A DNA stretch of 64,000 nucleotides from an uncultured delta proteobacterium (GCA_963793865.1 CAWCBP010000001.1:832001-896000); one strand, 5' to 3'. Positions 33,801 through 41,648 are shown, counted from the stretch's first letter. Notes: generated by a model not told the origin, from the letters alone. Translations and numbers: made by a program.

Positions 33801-34161
33801 GATCAAGGGGCCAACCATTATTGTGGGTCGCAAAGGGTCTGCTGGGCGCGTTGTCTATGAAGAACGCAATTGTTATCCAATTGATACAACTTTCTACATT
33901 GCTCATAACCCCAAAGAAACCGATTTGAGATTTATTCAGTTTGTCTTATATGAGCTGAATCTGGAAGAAGAAGCAAAAGCGCTAGGTGTGCCGGGCCTAA
34001 ACCGAAATGATGTATACAGGAAACTCGTTCCGTTTCCGCCATTAAAGGTGCAGCAGCGCATCGTCAAGGCAATTGAGCAATTGGAAAAAAAGGCCAAGAC
34101 ATACGTTATTAATGATTTGGAAGATCAAAAACGCAGAATCCTACTCGATGGCATCAGATGA
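30883..34161 (+). CDS. Single-chain restriction-modification-specificity enzyme (HsdR_N-like nuclease, N6-adenine MTase, one TRD; type IIG-like)
   Basis: SDI..IIECK nuclease motif, GQFFTP, DYACGSAHFL (motif I), NPPY (motif IV), TRD with YPVMGSNG, IVGRKGSAG, PFPPLKVQQRIV; codon usage differs from neighbours. Confidence 0.9.
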   Translation: MSEYTTYLKALKFTEDSKNRWQRRFGYPAIGEYIITVDTEKLTIDYPKPIQLGDRTTSNFDHPENFVVLECVCRLLAKGYDPATLILEKRYQVGRGASGGKSDITVLRRATDPDDQPTAAPLLIIECKTWGKEHDEEKRKTIDEGGQLFGYLQQDRSASHLCIYSSLFKNELAYRCDIIHAEDSIEAIEKFAKKENAENHVAARAAVPIFQYAHNRETLHHVWKTTYRAAFQSTGIFEDKFTPYSIGYEPITKGLLNEFNGTNGSTGVFNRFMEILRHNNVSDKENAFNRLCAIILAKLIDEEKDKDAILDFQWFPNKDTSMDLIDRLQRLYKRGMKETLGEDITYFEERDIDHAFRAHRRDMARNEVKKIFRALKFYTNNDFAFKEVHNEKLFEQNTQVVKEVVELFQGYRLKYTSKQAFLGNLFELLLNSGFKQSEGQFFTPIPIARFIVRCLPLRERIAIAIERGDQHIIPRIMDYACGSAHFLTEAVEEIQEDLETLGRAEAKSTTWARDHVWGIEKDYRLARTAKIAMFLHGAGDANILHEDGLDHRNPRLPQPGTVDVLIANPPYSISSFKEHMRLQANQFTLLPYMTNSSSEIETLFVERAAQLLKVGGFAGLILPSSILSNAGIYQRTRALILEKFLIRGIVEMGSSAFIATGTNTIILLIERRCDTDAEHFTVRADALFSEENKPNDADFADSDLLNAYTIAVGLDFSDYCTWLGDPAGEPPDALAQAALFRSYDEEFNALAETQRRVQQKTFLKLRKEERNTEMRGKLLRYIRNAERQKFIHFALAYTEKLKGGELVPQQTTILRGAGSKAEEQAFLGYKWSQRRGAEGMVFLREPYDGGLLYTADEVNRAEPSTKAAHHFRAGFLGTERGELASDHPLKDRLYTAPTVTCLDFTRTTADLAVNLSPKQGEAASVFDTQYQLVPFIKMATLEYGKPLPERVRIEGSYPVMGSNGAIGTHNEYLIKGPTIIVGRKGSAGRVVYEERNCYPIDTTFYIAHNPKETDLRFIQFVLYELNLEEEAKALGVPGLNRNDVYRKLVPFPPLKVQQRIVKAIEQLEKKAKTYVINDLEDQKRRILLDGIR

Positions 34162-34166
34162 GAAAT

Positions 34167-34237
34167 AACCAACAAAGCGCTCCACATGGCGGCAATCCGC
34201 TGCGCTACATTGCCGCATGTCAGCTTGGGCATTTTGC
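34167..34237 (+). mobile_element. Degenerate integron attC recombination site
   Basis: R''-like aaccaac just after the stop codon, L''-like gctccac, central stem gcggcaat/attgccgc, L'-like gtcagc, decayed R' attttgc; next RBS and ATG follow ~20 nt later. Confidence 0.65.
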
Positions 34238-34257
34238 CGCAAAGCTGAGGTACACGA

Positions 34258-34497
34258 ATGTCAACTATTCGTGAAGTCCATGACCTGATCGAGCGGATGA
34301 GGAGGATCATGCATCGCGCTACGATCTCGCCTGGCGCAGGTGAGGTTTGGGAGGCCGAGTTGTCTGGATATGGCTGCCAGTCGTATCGGCTCACCGGCAT
34401 GCTGTCACCGACCGCAACAGAAGACAATTTGGCGAACCTCGGCATCTGGGTTTGGAGCGCGAAGGACTATTTCAAGATATACGAACAACGATCCTGA
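34258..34497 (+). CDS. Hypothetical cassette-like ORF, probably 3' truncated
   Basis: gagg RBS and ATG directly after the attC-like site; 79 aa, no recognisable domain. Confidence 0.45.
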   Translation: MSTIREVHDLIERMRRIMHRATISPGAGEVWEAELSGYGCQSYRLTGMLSPTATEDNLANLGIWVWSAKDYFKIYEQRS

Positions 34498-34795
34498 AAC
34501 CAAGTTGCCCGAAGTGTTTCAGTTCCGTAATTAAACTTCTTCTCCGCCAATGTACGGAATAGCTTCCGGGCTTTTACTGCTTCGTCATCCTATTCAACGA
34601 TCTCACCACTTTTGCATCGACAGCATTGGGCTTAGCTATTTTCTACCAGTGAAGGTTTCACTTGCGCGCATTCAGATAATTTGTTTAAATGTGCCCAGAC
34701 TGATGCCGTACTGGCGGGTCATACAACAGTGTTGCGCATACGCCGAATATGCCTTTATGCAGCAGGTAATACATTCAAATGAACCAAAGGATGTA

Positions 34796-36898
34796 ATGAG
34801 CCGGTGCGCTTTTTCCGTCCGGGAAGTCTCAGGTATAGGTCCCCGGATTTCATTGCTGCTGGGTAAGAAAGGCATCAGCACGGTTGAAGATGCATTGTAC
34901 TTTCTTCCCCGGACGTATGAAGATCGGCGGACCATTACCAGGATTGCCGATGCGACTGAGTGCGGCCGGTTCGAAACCTTCGTGGGGACAATAAAATCGC
35001 TTGGCATGGTTGCCTATCGGGGAAACCGGAAAAGGTTTTTTAAGATGACCATAGCTGATGAGTCCGGTGCGATCACGGCAAAATGGTTTAATTTTAATGT
35101 AAAGAGCATGATGGTTCGCTTTAAAAAAAATGATCAGGTCATCCTCACTGGCCAGGTTAAATTGTATGGCTCACAAAAGGAAGTGCACCATCCCGAGATA
35201 GAAATTCTTGAACCGGGTGAGGCGGTATCCCCGGAACTTAAAAAAATAATCCCGGTTTATTCGGAAACAGAAGGACTTCCGCAAAAAACCATAAGGCGGC
35301 TCATAAAGCGAATCGTGGAAGAGTATGCCGCGGCCACGCCCGACGGTATTTCAGTGACGATTCGAAAGCGGCAGAACATAATGGGCCTCGCCGATGCGCT
35401 GAGGAAAATTCACCATCCGGAAGTTGATGATTTTGAAGGACTTGCCGCAGGGACGTCGGAAGCGCATCGCCGCCTCATTTTCGATGAGCTATTCTTCCTG
35501 CAGCTCGGGCTGGCCCTGAGAAAAAGATTATTGTCTTATAAAAAAAGAAATAGTTATGATATATCAATTAAATGCTTTGATAAGCTAAAGTCGTTTCTAC
35601 CATTTGAACTCACCGCTTCACAGACGAGGGCTCTTGCGGATATCATGGAGGATTTTAAAAAGCCGTGCCCGATGAACCGGTTGCTGCAGGGTGATGTCGG
35701 CAGCGGCAAGACTATCATCGCGCTCATGGCGGCGATTATTGTTATACAGAACGGCTACCAGGCAGCGTTTATGGCTCCGACCGAGATTTTAGCCGAACAG
35801 CATTACACGCAGGTTCTGCAGTTTGCGGAACGGCTGGGGCTTAATGCGGTATTGCTGACCGGGGGCGGCAGCCGCTCACAGAAGGGGGATGCCTATGATG
35901 ACATTGCCGGGGGCAGGGTTGACATTGTTATCGGCACCCATGCCATAATCCAGGAAAAGGTTTCCTTCCGGAATCTCGGGCTTGCGGTCATCGATGAGCA
36001 GCACCGCTTCGGCGTGCGGCAGCGCGCGGCCCTGAAGATGAAGGGGATCAATGCGGATATTCTCATAATGACTGCCACGCCGATTCCAAGAACGCTCGGC
36101 CTCACCGTGTACGGCGATCTTGACTGTTCTGTCATAGATGAGATGCCGCCGGGGAGAATCCCGGTTACCACCAAGCTGTACAGGGAAAGGGACAGGAAAA
36201 TAGTCTACGAAATCATCACTCGGGAAATCGAAAACAAACGGCAGGTGTTTATTGTCTATCCTCTGGTCGAGGAGTCGGAAAAGATCGATTTGAAAAACGC
36301 GACGGATATGGCCCGCTCACTGCAGGATACCGTGTTTCCAAACCACCGGATCGGCTTATTGCATGGCAGAATGGGAGGAGAGGAAAAGGATCGGATCATG
36401 GGTGACTTCAAGGCAAAAAAGATTGACATCCTTGTTTCAACCACGGTGGTGGAAGTGGGCATAGATGTGCCGAATGCATCGCTAATGGTCATCGAGCACG
36501 CGGAGCGGTTCGGTTTGTCCCAGCTTCACCAGTTGCGCGGACGGGTGGGGCGGGGAGTCCATCCTTCGCACTGCATATTGCTGGCCCATGCCGGCGGCAC
36601 CGGTGACGCCATGCGACGGCTGAAGATTATCGAGCAGACCACAGACGGATTTAAGATAGCTGAAGAGGATTTTAATATTCGGGGTCCGGGTGAATTGCTG
36701 GGCGTCCGTCAGTCGGGCATGCCGGATCTGCGCATCGCCCGCGCCCTGTACGATGTGAAAACGCTTCATGCGGCGCGAAACGAGGCCTTCCGCCTGGCGG
36801 AGGAAGATCCGGGGTTGACGCTGCCGGAACATCGTGTGACACGGCAGGTTTTGCAGGAGCGCTGGCAGGGAAGGCTGGAACTGGCGGACGTCGGCTAA
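34796..36898 (+). CDS. recG: ATP-dependent DNA helicase RecG
   Basis: PRTYEDR, OB wedge, LLQGDVGSGKT, DEQHRFG, MTATPIPR, QLHQLRGRVGRG, RGPGE; start set to ATG 34796 (aagga RBS). Confidence 0.96.
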   Translation: MSRCAFSVREVSGIGPRISLLLGKKGISTVEDALYFLPRTYEDRRTITRIADATECGRFETFVGTIKSLGMVAYRGNRKRFFKMTIADESGAITAKWFNFNVKSMMVRFKKNDQVILTGQVKLYGSQKEVHHPEIEILEPGEAVSPELKKIIPVYSETEGLPQKTIRRLIKRIVEEYAAATPDGISVTIRKRQNIMGLADALRKIHHPEVDDFEGLAAGTSEAHRRLIFDELFFLQLGLALRKRLLSYKKRNSYDISIKCFDKLKSFLPFELTASQTRALADIMEDFKKPCPMNRLLQGDVGSGKTIIALMAAIIVIQNGYQAAFMAPTEILAEQHYTQVLQFAERLGLNAVLLTGGGSRSQKGDAYDDIAGGRVDIVIGTHAIIQEKVSFRNLGLAVIDEQHRFGVRQRAALKMKGINADILIMTATPIPRTLGLTVYGDLDCSVIDEMPPGRIPVTTKLYRERDRKIVYEIITREIENKRQVFIVYPLVEESEKIDLKNATDMARSLQDTVFPNHRIGLLHGRMGGEEKDRIMGDFKAKKIDILVSTTVVEVGIDVPNASLMVIEHAERFGLSQLHQLRGRVGRGVHPSHCILLAHAGGTGDAMRRLKIIEQTTDGFKIAEEDFNIRGPGELLGVRQSGMPDLRIARALYDVKTLHAARNEAFRLAEEDPGLTLPEHRVTRQVLQERWQGRLELADVG

Positions 36899-36927
36899 CT
36901 CCATCGGGATAAAAAAAAGGAAGTGGC

Positions 36928-37443
36928 ATGAAAGGGTATGTGCAGGTATATACCGGGGATGGGAAAGGCAAGACCACCGCGGCGATCGGCCTTGCGGTGA
37001 GGGCGGTTGGCGCCGGTCTTAAGGTGTTTATCGGACAGTTCGTCAAGGGGATGGAGTACAGCGAACTTAATTCGCTGGAGCGGTTTGCCCCGCAATTGCT
37101 GGTAAGGCAATACGGAAGAAAATCATTCGTGCACAATAAGCCTACCGAAGAGGATTTTCGCCTGGCGCGTGAGGGGTACGAAGATATCAGACGGGCAATT
37201 AATTCGAAACAGTATGATCTGGTCATTCTCGATGAGGCAAACATAGCGGTTTATTTTTCATTGCTCACGGTTGAAGACCTGCTTGCCCTCATTGACGGGA
37301 AGCCGGATTCGGTTGAACTTGTTTTTACCGGAAGAAAGGCGGACCCGAGGCTTATTGAGCGGGCCGATCTGGTGACGGAGATGAAGGAAGTGAAGCATTA
37401 CTTCAATAAAGGAATTGTAGCCCGGGATGGGATTGAGAAGTAG
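36928..37443 (+). CDS. cobO: Cob(I)alamin adenosyltransferase (CobO/BtuR family)
   Basis: VYTGDGKGKTTAA, QFVKG, ILDE, TGR, ADLVTEM. Confidence 0.9.
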   Translation: MKGYVQVYTGDGKGKTTAAIGLAVRAVGAGLKVFIGQFVKGMEYSELNSLERFAPQLLVRQYGRKSFVHNKPTEEDFRLAREGYEDIRRAINSKQYDLVILDEANIAVYFSLLTVEDLLALIDGKPDSVELVFTGRKADPRLIERADLVTEMKEVKHYFNKGIVARDGIEK

Positions 37444-37512
37444 CCTGGAGCTAAACTGATACGGCTGCGCTGCGTGCAGACCGCAAGACGCTTTCAAGGA
37501 AGGAGGGCACAT

Positions 37513-38088
37513 ATGAAGGTTGTGGCATTTAACGGAAGTCCGAGAAAGGAAGGCAACACGTTCCAATCACTCAAGGTGGTATGCGATGAATTGGAACAGG
37601 CGGGTATCGACACCGAAATAGTGCAGGTGGGCGGGAAGGTGCTCCGCGGCTGCACCTCATGCTATGGCTGCTTTAAGAACAAGAACAAGCAATGCGTCAT
37701 CACCGAGGATGAGTTGAACGACTACGTCAGGAAAATGATCGAATCTGATGGAATGATTATAGGATCACCGGTGTATTTCAGCAATGTGAGTAGCGAAACC
37801 AAGGCTTTGATTGACCGCGCCGGCCTGGTTGCCAGGGCGAATGATTATCTCTTCGCGAGAAAGGTTGGCGCGTCGGTAGTTGCGGTGAGAAGGGCAGGGG
37901 CGACCTTTGCTTTTTCAGCAATAAATTTTTTCTTCTTCATTCAGCAGATGATGGTGCCGGGATCGGTTTACTGGAATCTCGGCATCGGGCGGGAGCCGGG
38001 AGAGGTGATGAAGGATGAGGAAGGCATAGTTACCTTTAAAACGCTGGGCCGGAACATGGCCTGGCTGCTCAAAAAGCTGAAGGCGTGA
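37513..38088 (+). CDS. Iron-sulfur flavoprotein (flavodoxin-like, Isf family)
   Basis: NGSPRKEGNT, CTSCYGC..C cluster motif, GSPVYF. Confidence 0.88.
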   Translation: MKVVAFNGSPRKEGNTFQSLKVVCDELEQAGIDTEIVQVGGKVLRGCTSCYGCFKNKNKQCVITEDELNDYVRKMIESDGMIIGSPVYFSNVSSETKALIDRAGLVARANDYLFARKVGASVVAVRRAGATFAFSAINFFFFIQQMMVPGSVYWNLGIGREPGEVMKDEEGIVTFKTLGRNMAWLLKKLKA

Positions 38089-38154
38089 GAACGGCGTTGC
38101 TCTATCATTCTGCATTCGGTCGGAGATAACGAATTATTTTTTCGGTAACCGGTT

Positions 38155-38580
38155 ATGTCCCTGTTTAAAATATCAATCGATAAGGAAACGGCGCTCAGGG
38201 AGAGAATGATTCGGCTGGGGGTGAAGGAAGGCGATTTGGAGGAAAGCTTTGTCCGCTCCTCCGGACCGGGCGGTCAGAATGTCAACAAGACTTCCACCTG
38301 CGTGTTTATCAGGCATGTTCCGACCGGTCTGACCGTAAAATGCCAGCGTGAGCGCTCCCAGTCACTCAACCGGTTTTTGGCGAGAAGGCTGCTCCTGGAT
38401 AAAATAGAGCGGCTGCAGTCAGGCATCATCGACGAGGAAAAAAAACGGATTGAAAAAATAAGAAGGCAGAAGAGAAAGCGTTCCAAGCGGGCGCAGGAGA
38501 AGATGCTGGAGAACAAGCACCGCTCCGCGGAAAAGAAGCGGCTTCGATCTGCGGTTGCCTATGATTCCGAAGAGAGCTAG
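38155..38580 (+). CDS. Stand-alone GGQ-domain release-factor-like protein (ribosome rescue type)
   Basis: FVRSSGPGGQNVNK, HVPTG, CQRERSQ..NR, basic C-terminal tail; no codon-recognition domain. Confidence 0.85.
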   Translation: MSLFKISIDKETALRERMIRLGVKEGDLEESFVRSSGPGGQNVNKTSTCVFIRHVPTGLTVKCQRERSQSLNRFLARRLLLDKIERLQSGIIDEEKKRIEKIRRQKRKRSKRAQEKMLENKHRSAEKKRLRSAVAYDSEES

Positions 38581-39140
38581 CCGCGTTTTTCAGCGAGCAG
38601 GCTGGCAATGGCCCTGGGAGAGGCACCGGAGTAATCTATCCGTTCGTGGTAGTAAATGATGTGCAGATCGCGGAAGCCGTGCAGCAGCTCGTTGGGCTTG
38701 AGGAGAAATTCAGGATTGCACGGTCTGCCGAAGCGGGCCTGCTCGAGGGTGTAGGTTTCAAAGAGCAGCATACCGCCCGCGGCAAGGCCCTTTTGTATAG
38801 GCTGGAACAGCTTGCGCTCGAGAAAGTAAAAGTTGAGAATGACAGCGTATGTTTGCTCTCCGATCGGGTAATCGGGCAGTTCAGCCCTGATGCCGGCGAT
38901 GGGCAGGAACTCGCGTTGGGCATATGAGTTTAACTTCTCAATCGCCACCGCGGAAGAATCAACGGCATCGGTCGGGTAACCGTGTGCGGCGAGAAAGACA
39001 GCATTTCTTCCGCTGCCGGAAGCGAGGTCAAGCGCCCTGCCCCGGCGAAGGCGGTCAAGCTGTTCAACCAGAAAACGGGCAGGCTCCTTTATGAGATCGC
39101 CGTCCTGTTGGTAGCGTTCATCCCACGTTTCGTTTGTCAT
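38577..39140 (-). CDS. Class I SAM-dependent methyltransferase (TehB-like)
   Basis: WDERY, ALDLASGSGRNA, FYFLER, GGMLLFET, LKPNEL. Confidence 0.82.
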   Translation of the reverse strand: MTNETWDERYQQDGDLIKEPARFLVEQLDRLRRGRALDLASGSGRNAVFLAAHGYPTDAVDSSAVAIEKLNSYAQREFLPIAGIRAELPDYPIGEQTYAVILNFYFLERKLFQPIQKGLAAGGMLLFETYTLEQARFGRPCNPEFLLKPNELLHGFRDLHIIYYHERIDYSGASPRAIASLLAEKRG

Positions 39141-39277
39141 AGGTCACAGGGTGCGTGAGAGGCGAGAATAAGATACAAAGCTTCATATGATAGCAACAAA
39201 GTTATTACTATCAGTCAGAATGGTTTGCAACAGTTATTAGCATGTGAATATAATTAGAACGAAATCGTATCTGATTT

Positions 39278-39309
39278 GTAGGGGCGACCGGCCGGTCGGT
39301 CGCCCCTAC
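39278..39309. repeat. GTAG-type REP-like palindrome
   Basis: gtaggggcgaccggccggtcggtcgcccctac; equals the 14383 palindrome plus a 4-nt internal duplication. Confidence 0.8.
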
Positions 39310-39353
39310 GTTGGGATATCCGGCATGGTGGGTTAATTAGAAAGAAGATCTTA

Positions 39354-39416
39354 TGGAGCGACGCGCTCTGTCGCGTCCGAATATGATATGAGGCCATGAC
39401 AGAGCATGGCCCTCCA
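39354..39416. repeat. Inverted pair of REP-like hairpins with a shared ctctgt loop
   Basis: tggagcgacgcgctctgtcgcgtcc on the plus strand and tggagggccatgctctgtcatggcc on the minus strand. Confidence 0.65.
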
Positions 39417-39543
39417 TCTTCAAAAGTCATCCTGCGACTTGATCGCAGGATCCAATAAAAACAATAAATAGATTCTGCGGTCGAGCCGCAGAATGACCCG
39501 TCTCCAGCATCACATTTCCTGCCTGGAGGGGAAAAAAAGAGAC

Positions 39544-40221
39544 ATGGACGAATTGTTCGACAAAACCAAGCGATGTATTGAAGAAAGGCTCAGGATAGAG
39601 CCGGTTGAGTTGCCGCCGGAACTGGTTCACATGACCCTGCCGCTTAAGATCTTTGATCTGCGATGCTATAATTGGAAAGCAGAAAAAATCCGCAAAATTT
39701 ACTTCATGCGCATCAAGGTTGCCATTCCTTATCTTGATATATTCGGCATGGCCATCTACCCCGATGCGACAACCGATATGCCAGGTTTTGCATTTGATTT
39801 TTCCTGTACCAAGAAAAAGGTGTTCGGCTATGTGAATTGTATTCCACTTTTTGGAGATAGGGCCTACCAGGAAAAGTACATTTCGCCTATGAAATCTGTC
39901 CGCGAACGCTGCCGCACCTTTCCTCCCCAAACCGTGCGCGAGTGGATGATGCCGTACCATACCCCCTATACCATTTATACCTTTCCGCCCACCTCATATT
40001 TGCCCGAGTTAAAGATATGCGCCTTTGCGTATCTGGAATTCTACCTTGATCTGTTTGCGCGTGCAGAGATAATTGCTGATCCCGGGTATGCATCTCGCGT
40101 GGAGGAGGCGCGGCGGAACTACGTCAACGCATTGTTGTCCAACGATAACTCACAAAAGATGCTCGGTAAAATTATCGGACGCGAGCGAGCACGCCGACTA
40201 TTTTACGAAGTGGTCACATAA
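39544..40221 (+). CDS. Ferredoxin-dependent bilin reductase-like protein (PcyA/PebA/RCCR fold)
   Basis: LDIFGMAIYP..DMPGFAFDF, PLF.D..YQEKYI.P, YL..YL.L and ND..KML.K..G.E.A.R...EV all parallel FDBR family motifs; ~225 aa; recognised by eye. Confidence 0.72.
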   Translation: MDELFDKTKRCIEERLRIEPVELPPELVHMTLPLKIFDLRCYNWKAEKIRKIYFMRIKVAIPYLDIFGMAIYPDATTDMPGFAFDFSCTKKKVFGYVNCIPLFGDRAYQEKYISPMKSVRERCRTFPPQTVREWMMPYHTPYTIYTFPPTSYLPELKICAFAYLEFYLDLFARAEIIADPGYASRVEEARRNYVNALLSNDNSQKMLGKIIGRERARRLFYEVVT

Positions 40222-40253
40222 TGGGTTTTTGCTCTAAGATACGTTTAGGACCG

Positions 40254-40303
40254 GTAGGAGCGGCTTTACGCAGCGAATGCATCGTGCCTGAAGGCGCTCC
40301 TAC
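40254..40303. repeat. GTAG-type REP doublet
   Basis: gtaggagcg ... cgctcctac inverted ends enclosing two imperfect hairpins. Confidence 0.72.
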
Positions 40304-40337
40304 CAAAAATTAAAATAATCATTGGTTAAGGATAGCC

Positions 40338-40775
40338 ATGTCATCAGCAGACAGTAAGAACAATAAGGCGGAGATTCTCGATGCCTTGAACGGCAACATG
40401 AATAGTGAATTCAGGGCGGTCCTGCAATATATCTGTCACCGAATCAGCGCTAGGAACCAGGACATCATGCTTGCCGAATCATTCAAGTCCGCGGCGCTCG
40501 ATGAAATGTCGCACATGCTCTTCTTCTCGGACCTGATCAGCCGCTATGGCGGCACCCCGACTTTTGAAGAGTGGAAGGTTGATCAAAGCAGCGACATAAA
40601 AACCATGCTGGAGACGGACCTGAAGCTGGAAACGGAAGCCAGGGATCGCTACGCCCGTCAGCTGGAAAAATTTCAGGAATATGCCGATGTGGCGTCGGTT
40701 CTGGCAGCTGTGCTCGCCGATGAAACAGACCACGAGGAAACCTTCCAGCGCTATTTGAATGACAGGCGCACGTAG
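40338..40775 (+). CDS. Ferritin-like (bacterioferritin-related) di-iron protein
   Basis: SEFRAVLQY, DEMSH, LETEA..RY, DETDHEE match ferroxidase-centre spacing. Confidence 0.82.
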   Translation: MSSADSKNNKAEILDALNGNMNSEFRAVLQYICHRISARNQDIMLAESFKSAALDEMSHMLFFSDLISRYGGTPTFEEWKVDQSSDIKTMLETDLKLETEARDRYARQLEKFQEYADVASVLAAVLADETDHEETFQRYLNDRRT

Positions 40776-40821
40776 ACTGGTCTAACGGGAATAAATCGTT
40801 ACTGCAGTAAAGGAATCAGAA

Positions 40822-41589
40822 ATGATGTTCAAGGATAAGGTCGTTGTGGTAACAGGTGCAAGCCGTGGACTGGGCAGGGCTTTTGCGATGGCATTTGCAC
40901 GGGAAGGAGCAATGGTGACTGTTGCCGCCAGAACAGTGGAGAAGTCTCGTTTTATCGCCGGGACCATATATGAAACCGCCGATCAAATCGCAGCTGAAGG
41001 CGGAAAGGCGCTTCCCGTTCCTACCGACGTTGCCGATGAGCGGAGCGTTGATACTATGGTGCGGCAGACCCTCGAGGCATTTCATCGCATTGATATCCTG
41101 ATTAATAATGCCGCTACCAACCGGCCGGCATTATTTACCAGGCTGTCGCAAAAAAAATGGGATGAAATTCTGGGGGTGAATCTCCGCGGCACAGTCCTCT
41201 GCACCAGGGCGGTTCTCCCGCAGATGATGGAACAGAAGGGAGGCCACATTATTAATCTATCATCAATGGCCGCGCTTGAGCCGGGACATGATCCCATGAC
41301 CGGACTGGCCTATGATGTGAGCAAGGCGGCGGTAAACCGTTTTACCATAGGACTTGCCGAAGAACTGAAACCATATTCGATTGCCGTAAACGTGCTTATG
41401 GTGGACAACACCGTCACCGAAGGATGGTCGTATTTGAACCCTGCCGCTGACAAGTCATCATGGTATAAGCCGGAGATGTGGGCATCATACGCCTTGTATG
41501 TGGCAAGCAGGGACCCGTGCGCCTACACCGGGAGGATACTCGCCGAGCAGGATCTGAGAAAGGAAACTGCCCGGTCAGAAAATATCTGA
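40822..41589 (+). CDS. Short-chain dehydrogenase/reductase (HSDL2/DHRS1-like)
   Basis: TGASRGLG, GTIYETA..I.AEGGKALP, INNA, YDVSK. Confidence 0.9.
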   Translation: MMFKDKVVVVTGASRGLGRAFAMAFAREGAMVTVAARTVEKSRFIAGTIYETADQIAAEGGKALPVPTDVADERSVDTMVRQTLEAFHRIDILINNAATNRPALFTRLSQKKWDEILGVNLRGTVLCTRAVLPQMMEQKGGHIINLSSMAALEPGHDPMTGLAYDVSKAAVNRFTIGLAEELKPYSIAVNVLMVDNTVTEGWSYLNPAADKSSWYKPEMWASYALYVASRDPCAYTGRILAEQDLRKETARSENI

Positions 41590-41599
41590 TCGGGCAGTT
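41565..41599. terminator. 15-bp hairpin over the SDR stop codon, between convergent genes
   Basis: aactgcccggtcaga-aaata-tctgatcgggcagtt. Confidence 0.6.
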
Positions 41600-41648
41600 G
41601 CGTTCACATAAAGAGCAGTGCGGCGGGATTTAAAACCCGTTTCCCTGC

